The notes below the pieces were generated by a model that did no database searches, was not told where the DNA came from, and saw only the letters and a list, made by a program, of their open reading frames with translations. A DNA stretch of 64,000 bases from NCBI GenBank assembly GCA_032718475.1, contig JAUCBJ010005099.1, forward strand, positions 13,937 to 77,936, written 5' to 3'. The stretch's first letter is position 1. Each line of letters begins with the position of its first letter. The position numbers and the translations under genes are program-made. Shown one piece after another: positions 34,700 through 46,841 of the stretch. Origin of the DNA: Nemertoderma westbladi (taxonomy: Eukaryota > Animalia > Xenacoelomorpha).

Positions 34700-36030
34700 A
34701 AGATTTGCATGTGGGGCGAGCCACGAAGTTGGCGGAGCCTTAGCGAATTGACACTGTTAGGGGGTGGGTCAATTTATGCAAATAGTCTCGTCGTCGTCGT
34801 CGTTGTCGTCGTCGTCGTTGTCGTCGTCGTCGTCGTCGTCGTCGTTACGATTTTGACATGCTAATAACTTTGTCGGATTTAAAGCTGCCAAGTTGAAAAT
34901 TTGTAGGTATCAATATGAGCAAAAGTTGAGATTTTTGAGAGACTTTCAGACACCATCAGTGCAATGGTCTCCCGCTAGAGGGCCACATGTCTAAACATTA
35001 AATGCCCTCCCATTTCTTTGCTTTTAATCCGTTTAAGCTGAAACTTGGCAGATATGTATTAGACCATTAGCTGTGACTTTCAAAGGAGGCGAATCCATCT
35101 GCAGTTCTCCAGTCTGCCGCTAGAGGGCCAAAGGTCTGAAAGTGAAATCGTTGTCGTCGTTACGATTTTGACATGCTAATAACTTTGTCGGATTTAAAGC
35201 TGCCAAGTTGAAAATTTGTAGGTATCAATATGAGCTAAAGTTGAGATTTTTGAGAGACTTTCAGACACCATCAGTGCAATGGTCTCCCGCTAGAGGGCCA
35301 CATGTCTAAACATTAAATGCCCTCCCATTTCTTTGCTTTTAATCCGTTTAAGCTGAAACTTGGCAGATATGTATTAGACCATTAGCTGTGACTTTCAAAG
35401 GAGGCGAATCCATCTGCAGTTCTCCAGTCTGCCGCTAGAGGGCCAAATGTCTGAAAGTGAAATCGTTGTCGTCGTTATGATATTGACATGCTTATAACTT
35501 TGTCGAATTTAAAGCTGCCAAGTTGAAAATTTGTTTTGTTGAAAATCAGTTCAACAGTCACCCGCTATAGGACTACTTTATGCCTGAAAGTGAATAGATT
35601 CTCCCGTCTCATTGATTTTAATCAGTTTAAGCTGAATCTTGCCATATATTCTGGACCACATGCTGCGTCTTTGTGGGGGGGGGGGGGGGGGGGGGAGATT
35701 TAATCAGTCTGCCGCTATACGACGAAATTTCTGAAAGTGAGATCCGTCTCTCATTTCGTTATCCGTTATTCAAGATGAAACTTGGCCGATGTACGTATGT
35801 ACTATTCATCCATAGGCTGTGTCTTTGTGGGGCTGGAGACCCTAATCCATCTTCAGTTCTCACTATACCGCTAGAGTCAGAAATGTCTGAATAGAAATGA
35901 AAGAGGTAAAAAGTGATTAGGCGAAATCTGCTTAAAATTTGCTAATACAGTAATACTTTCGAATTAGTACTTAAATTAAATTTAAGTCACGTGCTGCGCG
36001 AAGGCCCCACTTCGTGTCGGTTCTATTCCC
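34700..36030 (+). mobile_element. Helentron-associated/DINE-1-like element with (GTC)n microsatellite and about 311-bp internal tandem repeats
   Basis: Subterminal inverted repeat CACGAAGT(T/G)GG / CCACTTCGTG, (GTC)n at about 34790-34845, and near-identical units at about 34840-35155 and 35155-35470 plus a decayed third. Confidence 0.7.
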
Positions 36031-37699
36031 TCTCCTAACTGTTAGGCATACCTCGTAATCAAAATATTTATATCCGTAATGTATATTTGCGTTGTTTTTG
36101 TTATATAGAAACGCCTATGCAACCTGTTTCTTTCCCATGCCGATTATAGAGATCTGTATTTCACTTTTTTTCGTTGTTAGATAATGTAACGATTGTTTTT
36201 ATAACCGTCGCGGCAATGAAAGATAATAATTAATTCATTCACGCATCTACCAGCAGTTAAACTATCAATCCTTTACAATAGTGTTGTGAGACAGACACAA
36301 TCAGTTTTGATTTGATTACAATAAGCCTGGCCTTAGGTATCCGCTAATGGTTTGATATCTTGTTACCACTAAATTAGCATTCCACCACTGCGCCATCCTC
36401 TGGGGGCATTGATTGATTGTAGTACTTGCTGGTGAGGCAAATGGGTAGTCGTTTCTAGTTAGTTTATGTTATTAAAGGGGATTTCTCTCGGAGTTTGCAT
36501 ATCGCTGCAATAATTTACGAGGCATTGTAAACATTTTAAGTTCTCCAGCACAATGCTGAAGTTTCCTTTTTGGAGTTACTGGTTGCGGTGTTAGTACAGT
36601 AGGTCCCATACGTGCTGTACACTAGGAGGGGAGGTTCATAATGTGTGAACCATAACGATGTCACACGTGTCTTGACCAGTAACGTGGTCGATGATATATA
36701 GTGTGTGGCAATGTGGGTGGAACTGGTACAACCTACTCAAATTTATTTTTTTGCAAAGTAAGGATATCATCGACGTTTTATTAGGCATCAGCAAAGCAAG
36801 TTGCTCGCAAGTACATGGTGATTCGTGTTGGTGCCAGGCTCCTGGAAGCTGGAAATATTTAGTTTCAATTTTCAAAACTCACCTACAACCGCGCAATAGA
36901 AATAGATCGTAATAAATCGTTGAGTGCCATATAGTCGTTTCTCAGCCTACCAACTCACTGACCTGATAGTTAAGTAAAATTTTCTGCTTGTTTTTCAAAT
37001 CAAATGAATGTTTTTCCTGCTTATGAATGTTTATTTTCGCGGATGCACACTGAACTGTTCCTAAAATTGGCTGGAAAAATTTTCTGTCTTCGCTGGAGTG
37101 CCAGCTGTTCGTTCTGCTTTCCGTTTGCCTCAGGCGCAACATTCATCCGCGGCTAATTAAGATAATGCATTCATATTGTTATTGAAATAGGAATAGGTTC
37201 TTGTCAAACGGTTTCAATGGAAATGGTTGGACGAATTCGGTTTCCTAAACAACAACTGTACTCCCTTTCACCACACCTTCATTGAGCCCCTTGGGGTACC
37301 ACAGGCCAAGGCTATGCGCTTATCAATATCATTTAAGCACCGCATATAATTTAACAAACATAGTTTTACATTTATTTATTTAACATTATATTAACGTTTA
37401 TACATTTATTAAAAAGTTATTTATTTTATATCTCAAACTATTATTCCTCCTTTGTAGTGACATGTGTATTGGTAATGATGGATGTAGGCTACTTTTGTAA
37501 ACGCTTTGTAGCGATAGGTTGACAAAGAAAATAGAAACTCTGATTCATCCACAACTAGTCGGGAGCTGTTTAAATCATATCTGTTTAAAATTTAATGCGA
37601 CCTCATTAAGATTTCTTGACAAATTGGGTGTCACAAGTGCCGGTGTATCTCACCGATTTAATCTTATAAAACCCAAAGACTACACGCAGTCAATATGTA

Positions 37700-37925
37700 A
37701 AACATTTACCATCAACATGCTACAAGTCGTTTGGTGTCGTGCATTTTCTTATGCTGCACCCACAGTTTTTAATAGTTTACCACGCAATCTTCGCATCCAG
37801 AACTCTCTTGCAGCACAAACAAAGAGGCATTGCCCTGAATCCCAATCCAGAGACAGCGCATTTGAATTATTATAACTTTAGGTTACTTTAGAAAGTGCGC
37901 TCTATAAATTTTATATTATTATTAT
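37700..37925 (+). mobile_element. L2/CR1-type LINE 3' end fragment
   Basis: CRAFSYAAPTVFNSLPRNLR followed by a GCGCTCTATAAA...(TTA)n tail. Confidence 0.75.
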
Positions 37926-39405
37926 TTCCGTTCTCCCATAAATTTACATAAGGAACCCAAAGAACCAAAAAGAGGCTAAGGCGCGGGAAGGCAGGGTCTC
38001 GACACAGACGTTAGGCATGCCAGGTACCCCATCGCAGGGTATAGACTCCCACAATTACGACTTCTGCACATACAGTTCTGTTGATGGGCAATCCGTGAAA
38101 GCTGTAACATTGTATATGTACTAGACCTTTGGCTGTGTCTTTCTTTGTAGGATAGGGATTGTGTGTGGAGAAGTTTTCCACCCTCCGATATTTCACCCTT
38201 TAGCGTAAAGCCTTAAGAATTTCACATTTTTCCCGGGTCCCGACAATAATGACGCAACGTGAAGTCTACAGCTTTCGAATAGATTATTGGAACAGAAAGA
38301 TGATCAGTTAATCCCGTTTTAATTTGTACAAAGTCGGATTTAGCGTCCAAGAGGGATCGAAGTGGTTATAGCGAGAGAGCCCTCGGGACCCATGTTGTAC
38401 CTGGAGGCACCTAAATAATACACTAGCACAGGTGCTCATGCCCATGACGTGGAGTGTTAGTGCTATAGGGTACATGTTATGAAAGGGATCGATATCTTGT
38501 CACGACTTCATGTAAACCCTATACCTATATTATATTTAAATACCGGATAGTCAGGCATAAAACACAGTTTGTGAACAATACTTTGGAACAACCAAAAGAG
38601 CAGGTCACAGAGACGGATTTTTTTTTTGCTAAACAGAGACAGTGGGGGGGGGGGGGGGGGGGGGGGGGGAACTGGACGCAAATCCCATCTTGGCGAATTA
38701 ATGTCCCCCTCAATGTTAAATTCTCAAGTTAGGGAAAGGAGCAGGTTACAGTGGCACGTTATTTTAACCAAAACAATAAACTACAGTTTTATTTTTGAGA
38801 GTAATCAGCTGTTATTTGCGTCGAATATCCCCTGGAGAGGGATGAATTTTTATTGCGTCGAAGCCTCCCCCCCCCCCCCCCCCCCCCCTCTATCTGCCTA
38901 AACAATAAGCGCGGTATCATTAGATATCAAAGGAGAAGGCAATATTATAGAAACTAGCTTTAATTTTACAGTATTATGTACACTGGCGGGGGTGTAAAGG
39001 GAAAAAGACAGTGTTTAATTCATTAACATTAAAAAGCGGTTTACGATGGAGCTAGAGAATGCGTTCTGCAATGAAATTGATATCGCGCTCTCACAACAAG
39101 CGCTATCACGTAAGGCTAGCTTTAGTAATCAAAACAATAAACGCTGATGGGCTGATATCCCTACATATTAAGGGAAAAAAGCAGATTACTGAGGCGCGAT
39201 ATGAGCACAGAGATTGCAGTTACGTTTTTGGGCGTAAAACCTATGAGAATACTGAACATTCTCTATACCATAATTTTTTAACTACCGATCTTAATTAGAA
39301 CTAAATTCAGATTACCGGTCACGGTGGTTAGTTAAGGCTTTAGGTTTCGACGTAAGACGTTAACTAAGAAATCATTATCTAATATTTTCTCGTTATTTCA
39401 GCAAG

Positions 39406-39535
39406 ATGATGACCTATCTGAAACGGCGTTTTTCTGAGAGTTCTATGCTGATGACAGAGGATGCGTCAACGGACGGCGATTTGAGAAAGCAACACAACGA
39501 ATTGTCCGCTGGAATTCCTTCTTTTCCGAAAGCAG
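39406..39535 (+). CDS. Candidate first coding exon of a host gene, synapsin domain-A-like
   Basis: Acceptor TTTTCTCGTTATTTCAG ends at 39401 and donor CAG|GTAAA starts at 39536. The peptide MMTYLKRRFSESS resembles synapsin domain A (NYLRRRLSDS / NFLKRRFSSGDL). Short motif only; no further exons identified. Confidence 0.45.
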
Positions 39536-40075
39536 GTAAAATATATTTATACACAATAAATATGGAAAAAAATAACTTATTCATTGTATTATTTAATCGG
39601 TCAATTAATAGTTATCGGACAGCTGGGCGAGTAATAGTTCACGCTTCATAAATAACACGTTGTAGGGTCCATTAGAACCCTACAGGAAACTGACATCCAT
39701 TTTATATTCCTTATCCTTCGCCCGCGCTTTCATCTCGCCCCGTAAAACATTACGGTTCAGTAATATGAGATTACCGCGCGGTACTCAGCCAGACAACCCG
39801 TCCCTGAGCACCCAGGTGCTGTGAGGACTTTAATATACGCAGAAACTTCCTATGAATAATCAATGAGATTGCCCGGTGAAGGATAAACCTCATGTGATTT
39901 CATATTTTAATTAGGAGGCACTTAAGACTCTATTGTTAGTTTGCAAGCGATATTGATATGTTTTCATAGGAATTTATTGCTGATTATCATTATTTTCAGA
40001 AGTGATGTAGCAGGTTGATCGTGATCATGATCGAATGAGCGGCATATCATTGCTTATTATTTACACAATTTACAC

Positions 40076-41470
40076 GAGCAGCTTGGTCTAGTGGTGATAT
40101 TCCTAGTCTTTAAATCAGGAAGCCCTGGTTCGATCCCTAGATGGGGCAACACTGTTTGGGCACAGTGCGTTAATAGCTGCAGCCTAGCCCAACCCTGGCT
40201 ATTATCTTTAACTGCTCGATAAAAATGGGAACAAAGGCAACTTGGGAAACAGATTGTAAGGGTTTACTGTAGAAGATCACCCATGCTGGTGAACAGGCAT
40301 TCCTTTAGGAACCAGATTTGAAGGGTTTACTGTGGAAGGTCACCCATGGTGGTGAACAGTCATTCCTCTAGGAACCAGATTTGAAGGGTTTACTGTCGAA
40401 GATCACCCATGGTGATGAACAGTTATTCCTTTTTAGGAAGCAGAATTGAAGGGTTTACTGTGGAAGATCACCCATGGTGGTGAACATGTATATATTCCTT
40501 TAGGAAGCAGAGTTGAAGGGTTTACTGTAGAAGATCACCCATGGTGGTGAACAGGCATTCCTTTAGGGAACAGATTGGAACGGTTTACTGTGGAAGATCA
40601 CCCATGGTGGCGAACAGGTATTCCTTTAGAAAGCAGAGTGGAAGAGTTTACTGTGGAAAATCACTCATGGTGGTGAACATGAATTCCTTTAGGGAACAGA
40701 GTGGAAGGGTTTACTGTGGAAGATCATCCATGGTGGTGAACAGGCATTCCTTTAGGAAACAGTGGAAGGGTTTACTGTGGAAGATCACCCATGGTGGTGA
40801 ACGGGCATTCCTTTAGGGAACAGAGTGGAAAGGTTTACTGTGGAAGATCACCCATGGTGGTGAACGGGCATTCCTTTAGGGAACAGAGTGGAAGGGTTTA
40901 CTGTGGAAGATTACCCATGGTGGTGAACGGGCATTCGTTTAGGGAACAGAGTGGACGGATTTACTGTGGAAGATCACCCATGGTGGTGAACAGGCATTCC
41001 TTTAGGGAACAGAGTGGAAGGGTTTACTGTGGTAGATCACTCATGGTGGTGAACAGGCATTCCTTTAGGAAACAGATTGGAAGGATTTACTGTGGAAGAT
41101 CACCCATGGTGGTGAACAGGCATTCCTTTAGGAAACAGAGTGGAAGGGTTTACTGTGGAAGATCACCCATGGTGGTGAACAGGTATTCCTTTAGAAAACA
41201 GAGTGGAAGGGTTTACTGTGGAAGATCACTCATAGTGGTGAACAGGCATTCCTTTAGGAAGGGTTTACTGTGGAAGATCACTCATGGTGGTGAACATGAA
41301 TTCCTTTAGGGAACAGAACGGAAGGGTTTACTGTGGAAGATCACTCATGGTGGTGAACAGGCATTCCTTTAGGAAACAGATTGGAAGGGTTTACTGTGGA
41401 AGATCATGCATGCTGGTGTTGGTGAACAGGAATTCCTAGGCTTAACCAGCCTAAAATATTCTCCCATTCA
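40076..41470 (+). mobile_element. tRNA-derived SINE with an internally amplified body
   Basis: A box TGGTCTAGTGG (about 40085), B box GGTTCGATCCC (about 40127), a body running into a tandem array, and a short CATTCATT tail. Confidence 0.7.
40245..41430. repeat. 63-bp minisatellite, about 18-19 copies
   Basis: Unit GGAAGGGTTTACTGTGGAAGATCACCCATGGTGGTGAACAGGCATTCCTTTAGGGAACAGAGT. Confidence 0.95.
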
Positions 41471-41944
41471 TTTGGTGCAACTAATTTTGGGTGCTTGCTT
41501 AGGCTGCTCACGAATATCATTGTTTTTCGTTTTTCGAAACAAAAGTAAATTGTTTTTTGTTTACCCTCTTTTATCCTAATAATTAACACTTGTATAATAG
41601 GGGTCCTACAGTAGTTAGATACTCGTTATTGTTTTAGTTTATTGTGGTATTAACGCCCCTTAGTAAACTCGTTACCATTTATAGGAACAGTCGACTCGAT
41701 TTCGGCTTAGAGTTTGGTTTGGAGTTAATATTACAGTAATAATTGAGAGAGATTTTACTTCTAAAATTTAGCCCATCTAAATAACTATTTTTCTTCACTT
41801 TATAATATAACTACTACCTACTGCAATTTTAAACTTATTTGAAGAAGTTTTTTTTAGTAATATAAAACTTAGAAAAATGTTTTTAGTGGGTTGAAAAATT
41901 AATTTACTACTACTACTACGATCGGCATGCTGCATTGCAGCTGC

Positions 41945-42439
41945 ATTATATATATATTACATATATATAAAGAATGCTGTGCCGGGGCCAGCTTGTCGAC
42001 AAAATTTCTCCGACACAACTCCCTATCACCCATGACATTTGCTAGATCATCCGCATCTTCAAGGCCAGTGTCCTTTAAGACGCGTCTCAAGAAAGTCATG
42101 GACTGTCCACCATGCATATTCACTCCATGAGGCTGCCAAAGTACAAGATTATGCACTGGCTGGTCCTCACGGCGAAAGCAATGTCCTGCAAAGCGGAGTC
42201 GTCTTTGTTCAAGTGTCAAGGTTGGGGGAACCAATGAGACACCTCCAATGTTATATAGTGTCTTGTTGGAGATGTGTGCATTGTACTTGACACAATGAAC
42301 TCGGCGTAGCATTCTTGTGAATGTGCCATCCAGAGATTTGGTGTCCTCAGCAGTTAGAACCCAGCATGGACTCCCAGAGGAGTACTGGAACTACTGCTGC
42401 TCTAAATAATCGGACCTTAAGTTTCCGATTAATTCTCGG
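41945..42439 (-). pseudogene. RTE-like LINE C-terminal fragment, cut by the 3' LTR of element 2
   Basis: KLKVRLFRAAVVPVLL...LDGTFTRMLRRV...RRLRFAGHCFR...LVLWQP. Confidence 0.85.
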
Positions 42440-43694
42440 TGTTCGCGCTTTTGAAGACCTTTAGCAGTTTAACCTGCCAAATTGATATGTCTTTTAGTTA
42501 ATTAAAACCACTTTAGCATACGACAATAATTTATGCTAATACGCAAAACATTAGCCGAAGTCAGCCCATGCGCGATCATTCACCCGATGGATCTACACCC
42601 GGGAGACTGAATTCGGATGCTTGAATTGTATTATTACAGTGTAAGGTTGCAGTGTATACCTAATGTATTATTCGATAGATCGTTAATAATTAATCTCTGA
42701 CAGATATTATTGGCTTTCGGGAAATATTAACAGTTCCTTTAGGACGTGGCGCTTTATCTATTTAAACAGAACTAAGACTTATACTAAACGCAACGATACT
42801 GCTTATGATTAAAGTATAAAACGTATTCTTTAGGAAATACTTTGTTACCAATCACAATCATACACACTATTCTGCCGACAGTCAGTACATTTGATCACAC
42901 ATAAAGAGAGCAGTAATTGACTCACGTAGGGTCTGCTAAATAACATTGGATTCAATACACACCACATTAATATAAATCGCAATTGTTATGTATAACCGGT
43001 CTCTCTAACCTGTAGTGTTATCAAGAAAATTGGGAATTGGGTGATTTATCCGTATTATCCAAATAGCAATATTTCCATCAACAAATATTTACAATTAATA
43101 ACTGACGGTAAAATAACAGTACAAACAATATGATTAATGAGTTAGTTAAGTAAGGTGAGATGAGTGATTTAAGTCAGTGAGTTCGTTTCGTTAGGTAACA
43201 GTTTATACTTTCGATAATTCAAGCAGTTTACGGTACAGCAGTATCTATCCAAAAATGCCGGTGTTTCTGGCTTAGACAGCAATAACAACAAAGTATCAAC
43301 AAAAAAACAGTAAGACTGAACACTCTCCTTATGATCGGCAGAAAAGCTACACGTCGACAGGAAAAACCGCCCTGATTGGCCCAAGCCAAACAAAGAACCA
43401 CGCGGCCAATGGCTGTTTCCATGTCAGCAACCAGCTGCTAGATGTCGTAATATGAATCATCACGGCTAAGCTGTGAAAGGTGGTTGGTGCATTACAAGTT
43501 TTTGTCTTACCATGTCCGCTAAAACACGTATATAGCAGAATGATTTTTATGTCCGTTAAAACACCTGTAAAGGTACCTTGCGGGCGAGGGGAATATATAT
43601 ACAGTTAGAAAACCTTTTTTAGAGTATTCCAGCGCCTGGGGGGGAACTGGCCAGCAAAGGCAAACGTATCAGTTATCCCACAAAAGCTTTTACA
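42440..43694 (-). repeat. 3' LTR of element 2
   Basis: Direct repeat of 53319-54590. Minus strand reads TGTAAAAGC...GCGCGAACA. Confidence 0.95.
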
Positions 43695-43703
43695 CCGCTC
43701 CCA
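43695..43703 (-). other. Polypurine tract of element 2
   Basis: Minus strand TGGGAGCGG directly abuts the TG of the 3' LTR. Confidence 0.7.
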
Positions 43704-43797
43704 GAAAATGGGATTTAGGTCTATAAAATATACAAAATCACAGTTTCTAAAATACAAAAATACTCTAAACAGTTAGTCTTTCTTGCGCGGACGGCGT

Positions 43798-45223
43798 TTA
43801 CGCAGTTTTTTTTGAAGCTAGTAAGAGTCCTTTTCTCTTTGGGGCGAGCCACTTTACTAGGAGGGCTATAACTCCTGGGTGAAGGGTGCAATATGATTGC
43901 ATCAGAAGGTATGGGATTGCGATCGGTATATCCGCCGGTCGAAGTACCGGGTTGATTGACCTCAACGTCCGGGGAGAGGGTCTAACGGCTTTGAGAGCTC
44001 GTTTCAAGACAGCCGCTCTTACGGGTCCTGTACGAGTGGTCTGCACGAGGGCCGTGGGTGGACCATAGGTAGTTAGAAACTTCCTTGGTTTAATGGTTCT
44101 TTCCAACTCGCGTTCGCGGGCTCGGTACTCGTAAGGCCGTCGATATACTTCCTGTAACTCAGGGTGTGAGTTAACAAACAATTATCCATAGTCCGGATCC
44201 TGACGGATATGATTGATTAAGTTATAGGAATGAAGGTCGCTAGGATTAACACTCTTGAGAAATTTGCGTACGAATTTGGTTGAAATACATTCTCCGACGC
44301 GCTTCAGTAGCTCGTAACTTGATATGCGTGATTTCTGTTCAACCGAAGCGAATAGATAAGGATGTAACGCATAAACTCCTTCGTAAGCGCGTCCGGGATA
44401 ATAGCGATGGCGCGAATCACAATATAAATCAGCGTTCGCTTCCCAAGCTCTGATATAACGTAGTACAATCATTTCATCTACGCTCTCTAAATCATGGTTA
44501 AAGGGACAATCAAAGCTGGCATGTCCTTTTAATTGACAATGATGGCATTGAGTCATAAATTGGGGGCAGACAGCAAAAATGTGCAAATTATTAAGCCGAC
44601 AATATGCACAATAGATTTCCATCGACGGTTGTTCGTGGAAATAGGAACAGAGATCGTTGGTATCCATAGACGTAATATGGTCTCTCGATGCGCACAGCCG
44701 ACAACGTCGTCTAGAAACATAATTAGCATGGCGATAATCATACGCAGTAAGACACTGAGGACCTTGATACCATTCCAATATGTAGTCGCTATCGCTACTC
44801 CGAGACGTGGGAGGCTGAATCTCCTCAGATTCTAGACATATTGGTTCGTCTTCCCAGTCTGTTACGAATAGAATTTTCGTGATCTATTCTCGTTTTATCG
44901 TTACGACGCCGCTGGGTATGATATTTAAATAGAACCATTTCCCTTTCGGTGTCTACATCGTCCGTATCATGTAAATCGATAGGATGGCCGGTAGTTAAGA
45001 AGTCCATATACGTACCATTACGATGCGTATAGCGAGCGGTTAATTTTCGATAGTCCAATTCACGCGTAAGTTGCTCTTGGGACATCGGCGGTTCGATATA
45101 ATGACCATCATCCTCCGTAATAGTCGGATCGGCTTCACCGCGTATCAAGCTATCCACAAACGCTTGTAAAGGTAGAGTATATCGCTCCCTGATACCAAGG
45201 TCATCTTCTATCAATTCCGTCAT
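43798..45223 (-). pseudogene. Accessory ORF of element 2 (about 475 aa reconstructed), Cys/His zinc-knuckle-like protein broken by one frameshift and one stop
   Basis: 44182-44778 and 43798-44181 are in the same frame, separated by a single TAA. That frame is open upstream to 44883 and overlaps 44825-45223. Motifs: CRLCASRDH...C, CAYCRLNNLHIFAVCP, CHHCQLKGHASFDCP. Confidence 0.7.
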
Positions 45224-46841
45224 ATTTGCTATCTGAGTTTGTTAATATCAATATAAGTTAATATTTTAGGTAAGCGGGCGTCGCTTCCTACTCGGCCTTT
45301 TGCCCCCGGACAGTGGGTTTCTCAGCGCCGATGTACCGCTGTCGCAGTGTTTACGCCAACATGTAGCACAGCACGACAACGATAACCGGCACAAGTCCCA
45401 CCACTGTCCGTCCCAAAGGCTTGAATCCACTTGAGGTTATCTCGGTAGAGTTAGGGCTATTTTACAATTGCGATTAGCTACTGTAAACACACTTTAGTAG
45501 TAACATTCACCTATAAACGCACAAATTCCATACAATCATTACTTACTGCACACATGCATGCCATTTGTCCGTTAGTCAGTGTCTTCCAGAATGTCACGTA
45601 TTTACTATGTATCCTTGGATACTAATAGTGCGCTATGTATACTCTTATGCTACGCAATGGGGCAAGCCTTTTATTGTTCCCTTAACTTGCTTCTAATTCT
45701 AGCGTGGGTGTTGCCATGGTGACATTATGGAAAACTAGCGGTAGAATTAGGGCAATCCTCATGCATACAGATCTGGGATGTTATTTAATAGTAATTCTTT
45801 AATTGTCAATATCCTCTTTATGCATGATTTTATAAATTTTATCGGCTATTGACTATATGCTGGAGATTCTCACACTCTAATACACTCAATATGAATCTCC
45901 GCTCCCATGATCTATTAATTACTGGAATTTTGGGAATGTTATAAATTGCACAAAATGACAATTTATGAAATTCATTTAAATATGAATTTAATTTATTCCC
46001 GTGAATTTTATTATTTGATGTTAAATTGACATAAATTTTATTCCAGAGCAAGTCTGGGGACATAAGATCCTTAATTCTATGAAATTTGTCTTTTAAGAGT
46101 ATCGGTAAGTGCTACGATATCTTAATCGACTAGAATTGTTAACGGATCTGAATTTTAAAGATTTTAATAAATATTAAATTAATATTTAGGATGGGCACCG
46201 ATTTATTCCAGAACTTGTCTGGGGACGTTAACCACTGATTCTAGAATTTGTCTTTCAAGTATATCGGTGGGTGCCACGATATCTTAATCGACTAGAATTA
46301 CAGATGGTCAAAAGTTTAACAGATTTATTTGCGATTGACGCTACTGTTAGAGGGACATCACGCTACTATATGTATTATTTGTTATAAGGTAGAAGAGCAA
46401 TATCGCACGAAGCAATGTCAGTGTGAAGAGGCAAGTCGTTTCCAAGGTCTACCCAGAGCTTGGTTTAGCCGAGACACGAGGATCTGAACTTTGCATTCCT
46501 AATACTCTGCCTACCAATAATACTTAAATATAGTAGTGGCTTTACCGTACTTTAAGAAGTACTGACATGTCATCTTACTATAGTCTCGCATTTATAATAT
46601 AATACGGACAGTAAGGAAAGAGAAAATAATTACTTCTTGCCGTCGCACTAAATATATATTATAAGTAATTATGTACGTAATAAACACTAATATATTGCAC
46701 TAATCTACTAACATTCTAAAATAACATTTTACTAAATAGAATTAAATAAAAACGATTATAATAAAGTACATAATAAAGTTCGCATATAAAATGTAATAAA
46801 ATAGATAAAATAATATAGTCATACACCCACTCCATATATAA

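Noticed and set aside
36942-37152. Possible minus-strand exon ending in CAG|GTCAGT
   Set aside because: All three frames read from the nearest acceptor contain stops, and the peptide is unrecognisable.
40245-41430. CRISPR-like appearance (palindromic repeats at regular spacing) and the 21-aa repeat ORFs
   Set aside because: The whole 63-bp unit repeats, there are no unique spacers or cas genes, and the context is eukaryotic. The ORFs arise because the unit length is a multiple of 3.
43798-45223. Envelope glycoprotein interpretation of the accessory ORF
   Set aside because: No signal peptide, fusion-protein features or clear transmembrane anchor; the Cys residues are arranged as CX2C..H..C knuckles.
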